The position numbers and the translations under genes are program-made. Below the pieces are notes generated by a model. The model saw only the letters and a program-made list of their open reading frames with translations, was not told where the DNA came from and did not search any database. From Candidatus Poribacteria bacterium (GTDB taxonomy: Bacteria; Poribacteria; WGA-4E; WGA-3G): DNA of 64,000 nt. Of the stretch, positions 19,555 through 28,553 are shown piece by piece. The number at the start of each line of letters is the position of its first letter. The stretch's first letter is position 1. Location: assembly GCA_965218285.1 (NCBI GenBank), contig OZ244616.1, forward strand, positions 1,728,133-1,792,132, read 5' to 3'.

Positions 19555-20501
19555 TGCCAAAATTAAATCAGATAACACCAGAAGAACTTGCATCTTGTAG
19601 AAAGCAGCTTGAACGCCGATGGAATAGCCGAAAAGTTGATGAAACGTTAATAGAACGTGCGTGGCAGGTCGCTTATGAGGTCGCAACACTTCTCTATGAC
19701 GAATTCGGTGCAACACAGGTTGCTGTCTTCGGGTCGCTTGCAGAACCGATCAGTTTCACAAAGTCATCAGATATTGATATTGCGGTGTGGGGACTCTCGG
19801 ATAAAGCACATTCAGAGGCGAACAACAAAGTTATGGATATTGGGACAGGATTCAAAATTGACTTGATTAATTTCGATACAACGAAAGGGATTTTCCGAGA
19901 AAGAGTACAACAGCAAGCGATTCCTATAAAGAAAGGGGAACTCCCTACATTATGGAAGACACTTTACGAGCATTTACACCGTCAAGTTTTTCCTACTGTA
20001 GAAGAAGAAATATACGAAATGAACAGAAAAAAACTGACACAACGTATCAATGATGAACTCACAAAAATAGAAGATACGCTCACAAGAATAACAAGAGGGT
20101 TAGAACAACTGAAAGTGGTTCACGTTGATGTCAGAGAATTCATTGAGAATACAATCGCCACAGATCTTGCTGATATCTATAGTGGCATAGAACGAATTTT
20201 TGAGCGGATTGCAAACGAAGTAGATGGACACCTACCACGCGGAAGTAGATGGCATAAGAATTTACTTGAACAGATGACAAAACAACGTCCTGAAAGACCA
20301 CCTGTAATTCCAGAGCAGACATATCACCAATTAGGTGAACTTTTGGATTTCCGCCACAAAGCGAATAACATCTACGGTAGAGAATTGAAATACGATAACA
20401 CATTAGTGCACGCCGAGACAATTGGAGAAGTGTTTGCCAGTGTTTCTCAAGATTTCAATGCGTTCACCGATTCCCTCGCGAAAAGCGAGAAGGATGCTTG
20501 A
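19554..20501 (+). CDS. Fused MNT + HEPN-like protein, copy 2
   Basis: About 90% identical to 16073..17020 except for the divergent patch at 20058-20175. Same TGATG coupling to oppF. Confidence 0.6.
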   Translation: MPKLNQITPEELASCRKQLERRWNSRKVDETLIERAWQVAYEVATLLYDEFGATQVAVFGSLAEPISFTKSSDIDIAVWGLSDKAHSEANNKVMDIGTGFKIDLINFDTTKGIFRERVQQQAIPIKKGELPTLWKTLYEHLHRQVFPTVEEEIYEMNRKKLTQRINDELTKIEDTLTRITRGLEQLKVVHVDVREFIENTIATDLADIYSGIERIFERIANEVDGHLPRGSRWHKNLLEQMTKQRPERPPVIPEQTYHQLGELLDFRHKANNIYGRELKYDNTLVHAETIGEVFASVSQDFNAFTDSLAKSEKDA

Positions 20502-20654
20502 GATTCATTACCTTATACCAAATTAACGGGATTTGCCCTATTTTCCGGGACGATAGGTGCGATTTCCTAACCGCACCATAAGCGTCAATTTAAGAAAATA
20601 TCTGTCCGTTTATGAACACTTCTCAATAGTCATGACTATTGAGACTGTCCTATA

Positions 20655-20770
20655 TTTAGTCCTAGCGAAATGTGAAATAAAACTATAAACATTCCGCCCC
20701 TACGGGGCTGAAGAATTGGGGGGCCTCCGTTGCTATAAACATATCGTCCGGACGGGACTAAAGAGGGTTT
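20655..20770. repeat. Partial or diverged family-5 element
   Basis: ctataaacattccgcccctacggggctgaag ... ctataaacatatcgtccggacgggactaaagagggttt matches the interior and end of 46676-46934. Confidence 0.5.
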
Positions 20771-20868
20771 ATTCCATAAGAACCGGCAGAATACGCGTGT
20801 GGTATTCTGCATTGGTTGCAAACCGCACCTACCGCGTTGGGGACCCCTAAATTGACGCATAAGGTGCG

Positions 20869-21140
20869 GTTAATGAAGATTAATTTATTAATTCGGTAAT
20901 TCTGATCTCTTTTCTGTCTGAATCGCGGATTATCGCAGAGAACGCGGAGGACGCGGAATTAAGAGATTCTTTGTTACCGGCCCGTCTCTGGCGAAAGGAA
21001 ATGTCCGAGACACAAAAGCATTTTCCGCGTCTTCTGTGCCCTCCGCGATTCAGACAACCAGATAATAGACCTCACAGAAGAAAAACATAAAACAAGATGT
21101 CTATGGTTAGAAAATTACCGAATTTATTTGTTAATCTTCA
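20869..21140. repeat. About 270-bp long-hairpin MITE, family 4 (TIR gaagattaatttattaattcggtaattct ... agaaaattaccgaatt(t/a)atttgttaatcttca)
   Basis: Second copy at 27938-28217 is about 95% identical. The interior is a long imperfect palindrome (tctgtctgaatcgcgga...tccgcgattcagaca). Confidence 0.7.
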
Positions 21141-21256
21141 TACAGTTTGTGCACCTTACACGCAAACTAAAAGTTTGCGCTACGAAGAAACTCCATTTTG
21201 CCGTAGCACAAACTTTCAGTTTGTGCACCTTACACGCAAACTAACAGAGATAAAAT

Positions 21257-22093
21257 CTATTTCCGTTTGATGTCTGCCCAGGTTGTAGCCAATTTTCCTG
21301 AGGCTTCAACGGCTGTTAGCGGAAAAATTTCCTCAAAAAAACTTGCTTTATCAGTTGCATCTTTGGGATAGATTGTCACGGCTTCATGTGTTGCATCATC
21401 AAAGTGCAAGTTGAAGTATGCTGAACCGCTGCCTTCACCACAACGAAAGAGAAGCACGTTAGCACCTTTTTGCAACCTGACTTCAATGTTATAATCAACA
21501 TTATATGTACCACCTGTCCACGTTGCATTATTGTGCCATTTTTCACCGTTAATCCATATCTGTGCATAATCATCTTGCGCGGGGGACATCACGGAGGTCA
21601 TATCTGCTGGAGAATCAATAACAATGACAGCGTAGGTATCCAGATTATCTATTGGACCTCCTCTGTTCATATTATCACCATCTGCTGGATCAATTTCAAA
21701 GACTGTCCAAGCTCGCGTGCCACCATGATCATCTCCCCATTCAACATCAACAACTTCTTGAGTTAATAGCAATCCTTCAAATGTTGAAAGAGAAACATCA
21801 GTAATTCTGTCACGGGTACCTACTGCCATAAGGTCCATAGGACCAGAAGTGCTGAATCCACCATTGTTTTCATAGTTGCCATCGGGACCATACCATTTGG
21901 TAATCCAAGTTTGTACAGCAGTATGGTCTTCGTTTAAATGATCTGTGTTTGGTCGAGTCACTGAGAGATTTTCTTCAGTCAACGGCCCCCCACTTTCGTT
22001 AACAACTCCTTGTGCCATAACGAGGTGGGAACCGCTTACAACTATCACAAAAACAATAGTGACTGCAAGTGCAAGAGTATTAAATCTTTTCAT
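21257..22093 (-). CDS. Secreted concanavalin-A/LamG-like jelly-roll protein, paralog 1
   Basis: Signal peptide. WINGEKWHNNATWTGGTYNVDYNIEV and LLFRCGEG blocks. C-terminal tail GKLATTWADIKRK. Confidence 0.45.
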   Translation of the reverse strand: MKRFNTLALAVTIVFVIVVSGSHLVMAQGVVNESGGPLTEENLSVTRPNTDHLNEDHTAVQTWITKWYGPDGNYENNGGFSTSGPMDLMAVGTRDRITDVSLSTFEGLLLTQEVVDVEWGDDHGGTRAWTVFEIDPADGDNMNRGGPIDNLDTYAVIVIDSPADMTSVMSPAQDDYAQIWINGEKWHNNATWTGGTYNVDYNIEVRLQKGANVLLFRCGEGSGSAYFNLHFDDATHEAVTIYPKDATDKASFFEEIFPLTAVEASGKLATTWADIKRK

Positions 22094-22308
22094 TTTTCCT
22101 TCTTCCTTCTCTATAGATTAGATTGTTTTGAACTGGGTTAAACTAAGGTTTACTCCAGATTTCCTATTTAGGTTATAAAACGTTGAAAATTCATTTAACA
22201 TTACAACAACTATTGTAATATATTGGCAAAAATTTGTCAATATATTACAAACAAAAACGACAATTTTTTGTACAAACTTGTATTCAAACAATAGATATCC
22301 GAATTCTG

Positions 22309-23145
22309 TTATCGGTTTCGCTTGATATCTGCCCATGTTGTCGTTAACTTTTCATGTGGTTCAACCGGCAGAATACCCTCAATTTCGTCAAAGAAAGTAT
22401 CCTGATCTGTCGCTTTATCGGGAAAGATCTTCACTGCTTTGTGAGTTTCGTCATCAAAGTGCAAGTTGAAGAATGCTGAACCCCCACCTTCACCACAACG
22501 AAATAGGAGGACATTGGTGCCCTTTCTGAACTTCACCTCAATGTTATAATCAACATTATATGTACCACCTGTCCACGTTGCATTATTGTGCCATTTTTCA
22601 CCGTTAATCCATATCTGTGCATAATCATCTTGCGCGGGAGACATCACGGAGGTCATATCTGTTGGAGAATCAATAACAATGACAGCGTAGGTATCCAGAT
22701 TATCTACTGGGCCTCCTCTGTTCATATTATCACCATCTGCTGGATTTATTTCAAAGACTGTCCAAACTCGCGTGCCACCATGATCATCTCCCCATTCAAC
22801 ATCAAACTTTTTCGTCCTGAGCAATCCGTTCATTGTCGAAAGTGAGACATCGGTAATCTCACCAGCAGTGCCTTCAGACATCAAATCTCTGGGACCAGAA
22901 GTATTGAACCCACCATTGTTTTCATAGTTGCCATCGGGACCATACCATTTGGTAATCCAAGTTTGTACAGCAGTATGGTCTTCGTTTAAATGATCTGTGT
23001 TTGGTTGAGTCACTAAAAGTTCGTTGTCTTTTAGTGGACCGCCTTCCTGGTTTACCTTCCATTGTGCAAACGCAAAGTGTGAGGCACTGACAATCAGTCC
23101 AAAAACTGAAATAATTGTCAGTATAAATGTAAGAATTTTTTTCAT
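22309..23145 (-). CDS. Secreted concanavalin-A/LamG-like jelly-roll protein, paralog 2
   Basis: About 75% identical to paralog 1. C-terminal tail EKLTTTWADIKRNR. Confidence 0.45.
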   Translation of the reverse strand: MKKILTFILTIISVFGLIVSASHFAFAQWKVNQEGGPLKDNELLVTQPNTDHLNEDHTAVQTWITKWYGPDGNYENNGGFNTSGPRDLMSEGTAGEITDVSLSTMNGLLRTKKFDVEWGDDHGGTRVWTVFEINPADGDNMNRGGPVDNLDTYAVIVIDSPTDMTSVMSPAQDDYAQIWINGEKWHNNATWTGGTYNVDYNIEVKFRKGTNVLLFRCGEGGGSAFFNLHFDDETHKAVKIFPDKATDQDTFFDEIEGILPVEPHEKLTTTWADIKRNR

Positions 23146-23504
23146 TTTTTCTCCTTCTCTATTAGAATATTTGAGATCTATGTAAATTTACATTAAACTC
23201 AGATCTCCTTTAGATTATGAATACTGAAACGCATTATAGCAGTTAAGCAAGTTTCAATATTAAATTTATGTTTTTGATCTTCAGACCCGTTGGAAGATTG
23301 GAAGTATGGAAGTTGGGAAGATAACGAACACAGCGTTTCTTCCAGTTTTCCTTTTTTCTACCTTTCCTCAAAACCTAAAATGTATATTTAATATTGCTTA
23401 AATACGAAAATAGATAGCAATTTTCGAAAAAGTCTCAGTTATCTGCTTCATGCTATTTTAGTAAAACGTCGAAAAAAATCAAGACTTTTTTCGTAAAAAA
23501 TTTG

Positions 23505-23810
23505 TCATTTTGCTGCCAACTGTTTTTGGACACTGCTAACCTTGTCTTCCATCGTTTGGGATTTGTCAACCCGTGTACCAAACTTCAGTGTTGTCGTAAT
23601 TCGGGGCGCGCCCATTTCATGCACGGTCTCATGACAACGTTTAATCGCTGCAAACACAGCATCCCACTCGCCTTCAATATTAGTGCCGTAAGCGTGCAGT
23701 TTAGTTTTCAAGCCCGCCGCTTTCAGCACATTTTCACACGCGGTGACATATTTTGAGACAGATACACCGACACCCATCGGAACAACACACAAGTCTGCAA
23801 TAACTTTCAT
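23505..23810 (-). CDS. MTH1187/YkoF-family (DUF77) small protein
   Basis: N-terminus MKVIADLCVVPMGVG and overall size are typical of the family. Confidence 0.6.
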   Translation of the reverse strand: MKVIADLCVVPMGVGVSVSKYVTACENVLKAAGLKTKLHAYGTNIEGEWDAVFAAIKRCHETVHEMGAPRITTTLKFGTRVDKSQTMEDKVSSVQKQLAAK

Positions 23811-23819
23811 TTAGTTTCC

Positions 23820-24761
23820 TTAATTGTCGCGTAGTTTTTCCAGAATAGCAGCGGGGAGTGGGGATGATCCAGATGTAGAGACGCCATCGTCAACTTGCGC
23901 AGGAGTCATCATGCCGGGTATGACACTACAGACTGCGGGATGTGCTAAAATAAATTTCAGAGCAGCTTGCGGTAAACTTCGCGCTTTATCCCCAACTATA
24001 GACTTGATTTCTTCCACACGTTCTAAATCGGTGAGAAATTTCTCGCGCGGCCACGTCTTCCGATAATCGTTTTCGGCAAATACGGTATCCGTATTGAGTT
24101 GTCCAGAAAGCAATCCTGATGATAACGGTTGACGCGCAACAACAGCAATGCCTTTTTTAGCGGCTGTTTCCATCACATTCTCCGCCATGCCTTGGTTGAG
24201 GATGTTGTAGGTCAGCATTAGGGAGGAGATATTGGTTTCCGAGAGTGCCTTAAGTGCCTGTGCTTCATTTCCGAGGCATAACCCATAAAAACGGATTTTT
24301 CCTTCGGTTTTGAGTTCATCCATCGCACCGAAAGCCTCATCCCACGTTTCCGCGGGAGGCGGTGCATGGAATTGATAAATGTCTATCGCATCCTTTTTTA
24401 AACGGGTTAGACTCCCTTCGACCGCTTGACGGATATAATCTCGTGATGCGTTGAATGTAGGAACTGTCCCACCTTGACTCATCCAACCATCGGAATCCAA
24501 TTCATATCCGAGTTTCGTTGCAATGACAACCCGACTACCAAGTGCAGAAAAAGCTTCCCCCAAAAGACGTTCAGCGCGTCCACCGCCATATTGGTCAGCG
24601 GTATCGTAAAAGGTGACTCCCTTTTCAAAGGCATATCGTAGAAGATCAACAGCCTCTTTCTCGCCAATATCTCCCCATTCGCGCCCACCGAGTTCCCATG
24701 TTCCCATCCCTATTTCAGAAACGGTCAACCCTGTTCTTCCAAATTTGCGCTGTCGCATCAT
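23820..24761 (-). CDS. Aldo/keto reductase
   Basis: FGRTGLTVSEIGMGTWELGG N-terminus plus AKR-family blocks. Start moved to ATGATG, which is preceded by GAGGGGAGGG. Confidence 0.85.
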   Translation of the reverse strand: MMRQRKFGRTGLTVSEIGMGTWELGGREWGDIGEKEAVDLLRYAFEKGVTFYDTADQYGGGRAERLLGEAFSALGSRVVIATKLGYELDSDGWMSQGGTVPTFNASRDYIRQAVEGSLTRLKKDAIDIYQFHAPPPAETWDEAFGAMDELKTEGKIRFYGLCLGNEAQALKALSETNISSLMLTYNILNQGMAENVMETAAKKGIAVVARQPLSSGLLSGQLNTDTVFAENDYRKTWPREKFLTDLERVEEIKSIVGDKARSLPQAALKFILAHPAVCSVIPGMMTPAQVDDGVSTSGSSPLPAAILEKLRDN

Positions 24762-24883
24762 TTTCCCTCCCCTCAACGGTCTTGAGTGCCATTTTATAAT
24801 GGCTACATTTATCTGTCAACACTTATTTTGCTGTCAGGCAGAGCCATTCAGTTTTCCATACTTTGATCTGATTTTACCCAGGG

Positions 24884-24913
24884 CCGGTAGGTGCGGTTTC
24901 CTAACCGCACCGG
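24884..24913. repeat. REP-like hairpin ccggtaggtgcggtttcctaaccgcaccgg
   Basis: Perfect 9-bp+ stem. Lies between divergent genes. Confidence 0.6.
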
Positions 24914-24982
24914 ATCTTCATAAGAAAAACGCACGATACCCGAATAATCTCTTAAAACTGAGTGCCTCTGCTATGCAATTAC

Positions 24983-25011
24983 ATTGACATATCTTTCCCG
25001 TTTCTGATAAG
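24983..25011 (+). promoter_or_regulatory. Weak sigma-70-type promoter candidate: TTGACA, 17 nt, TG-n-ATAAGA
   Basis: TTGACA at 24983-24988. An extended -10-like tgataaga lies about 85 nt upstream of the rfbB start. Confidence 0.25.
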
Positions 25012-25095
25012 ATATAATCATTCAATAGCGTGAGAAGACATTTTATAACGTGTCTTGGATAGGCTTGACACGTTAATGATTTTCTAAGGACATAC

Positions 25096-26127
25096 ATGAA
25101 ATTATTGGTCACTGGCGGTGCTGGATTTATCGGCACGAACTTTATCAGGTACTGGCTCAAGGAGTATCCCGATGATGTTATGGTTAACCTTGACAGGCTG
25201 ACTTATGCGGGGAATCTCTCTAACCTGACAGATATAGTCGTGGCTTATCCAGAGCGGTATGTGTTTGCACAAGGTGATATTCTTGATGACGCATTCGTTT
25301 CAGGTCTTATAAAAACACATCAACCCGATGTAATTGTCAATTTTGCAGCGGAATCACACAACAGTCGTGCTATTCTGAATCCACGCCAATTCTTTGAAAC
25401 GAACGTCATGGGGACACAAGTTTTATTGGATGCAGCCCGTCAATACAGTGTACCTCGATTTCATCATATCTCTACATGTGAAGTCTACGGTGAACTACCG
25501 TTAGATTCATCTGATGTTTTTGCTGAAACTGCCCCTTACCGACCCCAAACCCCTTACAACGCTTCAAAAGCGGCAGCAGACCATCTTGTAAACGCATATT
25601 TTCATAGTTTTGGCCTACCGATAACCATTTCTAACTGTTCTAATAATTATGGACCCTATCAGCATCCTGAGAAGTTAATCCCCTTATTTACAACAAATGC
25701 CATACAAGATTTGCCATTGACGCTCTACCGTAGTAGTCACAACCGCAGGGAATGGTTGCACGTTGATGACCATTGCTGTGCGATTGCATCGGTTGTTCAC
25801 AACGGAAAGATCGGAGAAACATATAATATCGGCAGCGGTGTTGAGAAAAGTATTGAAGAGATTAGCGATTTTATCTTGGATATCCTTGGAAAACCTCAAA
25901 ACCTGAAGACTTATGTCCCCGATAGACCCGGACACGATTGTCGCTATCTCTTAGATTCAGAAAAGATCGCCCGTGAACTCGGATGGAAGCCGAAAATCCT
26001 ATTTGAACAAGGGATGCGACAGATAATTCAGTGGTACGTTAAAAATAGAGAATGGTGGGAAAAAATTCAGCAGGACGCGAAAACCGAAAACGTTCAAGAA
26101 AATAAATGGGAAAAATTCTCTCGGTAA
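25096..26127 (+). CDS. rfbB: dTDP-glucose 4,6-dehydratase
   Basis: Rossmann LVTGGAGFIGTNF, catalytic YNASKAA, length 343 aa. Confidence 0.9.
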   Translation: MKLLVTGGAGFIGTNFIRYWLKEYPDDVMVNLDRLTYAGNLSNLTDIVVAYPERYVFAQGDILDDAFVSGLIKTHQPDVIVNFAAESHNSRAILNPRQFFETNVMGTQVLLDAARQYSVPRFHHISTCEVYGELPLDSSDVFAETAPYRPQTPYNASKAAADHLVNAYFHSFGLPITISNCSNNYGPYQHPEKLIPLFTTNAIQDLPLTLYRSSHNRREWLHVDDHCCAIASVVHNGKIGETYNIGSGVEKSIEEISDFILDILGKPQNLKTYVPDRPGHDCRYLLDSEKIARELGWKPKILFEQGMRQIIQWYVKNREWWEKIQQDAKTENVQENKWEKFSR

Positions 26128-26213
26128 ATTCGTATGTTTCCTCGAAAATTTGCTGAATCAATGTAGCACAGCATTCCGGCAAGTGTCCTTCAGTTTCAAA
26201 ATTGTTGTTTTTA

Positions 26214-26924
26214 CTATTGTGGGCACCACGCCATCACCGTGCCAAAACTGGCAAATATGCTGTCCTCACCACTTGTTAAAATACGTGAACCTTGCACAAC
26301 AATCCGCGAATCAAGACTCGTAATTTTGTAACTAACTGGCGCATCTTTGGCAATCAGCGGTTCACCTTTTGCATCTTTCAGTTTATCCAAGCGATAATGT
26401 ACCGACCTATGCGCTGGAACGTCAAATTCACAAGAAACGTTTTCCATAGCAGTGTCCTCATAAAGCACCTCTAACAGGCAACGTGTATCAATATCTGCAG
26501 TGTTGGAGATACATATAGATTCATGTGAGAAATACCCACCGCCATGTTCTTCCCATTCCTGCTCTGCTGGTGTCAACGCTGCCATGTATCCATCCGGAAT
26601 CACCCAGACATAAGCACCGTCCCCATCTGAAGAATAAGATTTGAGTGCATCCGCTATCGCCTCCAGATCGTCTATATCTTCATCAAGCAAAATTATAAGA
26701 AATCGAGAGTATAATTGCATCCCCTTTGAAGGATTGTGCTCTTTTAGTTGTCCTATCACATTTAGGCACATTCTGTTTTCATCTAACATCTCAAGATGAC
26801 TCACCCGTTGAGATGTTAGCCAGTCACCAAACGTGTCGTTGAGGAGGACAGTAAGAGTATCTAAATTTGAGATGCCTGCCTGTTTATACTCTCGAATCGT
26901 TGCAACTAATATTCCAAATGTCAT
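26214..26924 (-). CDS. Hypothetical protein
   Basis: 236-aa ORF, no motif recognised. Confidence 0.35.
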   Translation of the reverse strand: MTFGILVATIREYKQAGISNLDTLTVLLNDTFGDWLTSQRVSHLEMLDENRMCLNVIGQLKEHNPSKGMQLYSRFLIILLDEDIDDLEAIADALKSYSSDGDGAYVWVIPDGYMAALTPAEQEWEEHGGGYFSHESICISNTADIDTRCLLEVLYEDTAMENVSCEFDVPAHRSVHYRLDKLKDAKGEPLIAKDAPVSYKITSLDSRIVVQGSRILTSGEDSIFASFGTVMAWCPQ

Positions 26925-26952
26925 ACATTTTCTCCTTGAAGGGTTTAACTAT

Positions 26953-27297
26953 CTATACCATCCATCTTCCATCAATTCCGAGCACCGCCATTAACACCTG
27001 CAAAAGCACAATCTTCGCATCGTGTCCAACAAACTGGCGATACGTGTCAATATTAGTACCATAATCTGCTGCCCATTCGCAAAAGTAGGTTTGGTATTCC
27101 CAACCATCTGCGGTGTGACGGAAACTGGAACGTTCAGGATAAGGAAGTTTCTGGTTTAGAAGTTCGTGTAGTTGTTCAAGAGTCGGTAGCCATACGCCAT
27201 CTGTGTTTTCTGTGTTTGGCTTAAGAGCTTGAATTGCGGGGTGTCGGCATATCTCTAAGTATTTTGGGGAGTGGTTCTGTTTTTCTGATGGGTTCAT
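26953..27297 (-). CDS. Hypothetical protein
   Basis: 114-aa ORF, no motif recognised. Confidence 0.3.
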   Translation of the reverse strand: MNPSEKQNHSPKYLEICRHPAIQALKPNTENTDGVWLPTLEQLHELLNQKLPYPERSSFRHTADGWEYQTYFCEWAADYGTNIDTYRQFVGHDAKIVLLQVLMAVLGIDGRWMV

Positions 27298-27312
27298 GAA
27301 TATGTGAGTGCG

Positions 27313-27606
27313 TTATATGTTGCCGAGGGTTTTCCATGCTCTGTCGTATTTGTGTCGTATTTCATCTGAGACAATGATGGTGTTCATTTTCATTTTTCTT
27401 GCAGTCTCAAGGTCTAATCTGGCTCTTTCCCACTCTCTGAGACGTAACCACGACCCACCACGATAGTAATATGCCTCAGCAAAATCGGGTTTAAGTTCTA
27501 TTGCTTTCGTATAGTCTTCAATAGCATGGTATACATCACCTTTTTTGCTCTTCTCTACCCCGCTGTTAAAATACTTATTAGCAAGTTCATGATTCAATTC
27601 TTGCAT
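27313..27606 (-). CDS. TPR-repeat protein
   Basis: AIEDYTKAIELKPDFAEAYYYRGGSWLRLREWERARLDLETA TPR-like. Start set at the ATG preceded by AAGGAGA. Confidence 0.5.
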   Translation of the reverse strand: MQELNHELANKYFNSGVEKSKKGDVYHAIEDYTKAIELKPDFAEAYYYRGGSWLRLREWERARLDLETARKMKMNTIIVSDEIRHKYDRAWKTLGNI

Positions 27607-27653
27607 CACGTTTCTCCTTTCAATGCGTATTGGACCAATTCTAAAAAATAAAA

Positions 27654-27767
27654 TTCCATTATGAGATTTGGTTCGCACACTAAGGTGTAGAATGTCCGAG
27701 GCGCAATGAATTGCGCGAGGACAAACGCGGTTTTTGTTAATGAATAGTTGTCATTCAGAAATGGTAT
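27654..27767. repeat. MITE-like element, family 3 (copy 2)
   Basis: attccattatgaga ... gaggcgcaatgaattgcgcgaggacaaacgcgg ... cagaaatggtat. Confidence 0.6.
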
Positions 27768-27937
27768 TATTTGGGTAATGATAACATACAAAACAAACAT
27801 ATTCAACCGAATTTTAGGAGACAGATGTAAAGTTATTGATAATAAGACTGAGGTTGGGTTGAGTGTAAGCGAAGCTCTTATGTGTCAATTTAAGAAAATC
27901 ACACAACGCTGATATCCAGGACCGGTAGGTGCGGTTT

Positions 27938-28217
27938 GATGAAGATTAATTTATTAATTCGGTAATTCTGATCTCTTTTCTGTCTGAATCGCGGATTATC
28001 GCAGAGAACGCGGAGGACGCGGAATTAAGAGATTCTTTGTTACCGACCTGTCTCTGGCGAAAGCAAATGTCCGAGACACAAAAGCATTTTCCGCGTCTTC
28101 TGTGTCCTCCGTGCCCTCCGCGATTCAGACAACCAGATAATGAACCTCACACAAGAAAAACATAAAACAAGATGTCTATGGTTAGAAAATTACCGAATTA
28201 ATTTGTTAATCTTCATA
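27938..28217. repeat. Family-4 long-hairpin MITE (copy 2)
   Basis: About 95% identical to 20869-21140 and preceded by a REP-like half site. Confidence 0.7.
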
Positions 28218-28553
28218 AAGTTTGCGCTACAAAAGATTGCCGCTCATGTAAAAAGTGTGTGCGGTTGTTTTTAATGAAGGCAGTGGCCACGCGGGTTAAA
28301 CTTTTTCATTAGCACTCATTCTTTACATGAGCCAAGATTGCTTATACCGAGCTCACGTTATTTAGTTTTAGACTTTTTGTCCATATTAACCGAAAAGTCG
28401 CGAGCTGGAGCTCGATCAGACAGCGGAAGGTCTTAAAGCGAAAATCTCAATTTTCGGAAAACTAAATAACCCTACTTGTAGTCAGAAAAACTTGACAATT
28501 CTGTGAAAACCCATTAAAATTCCACGTATTACCCTTCAGCGAAAGGAAAATAT

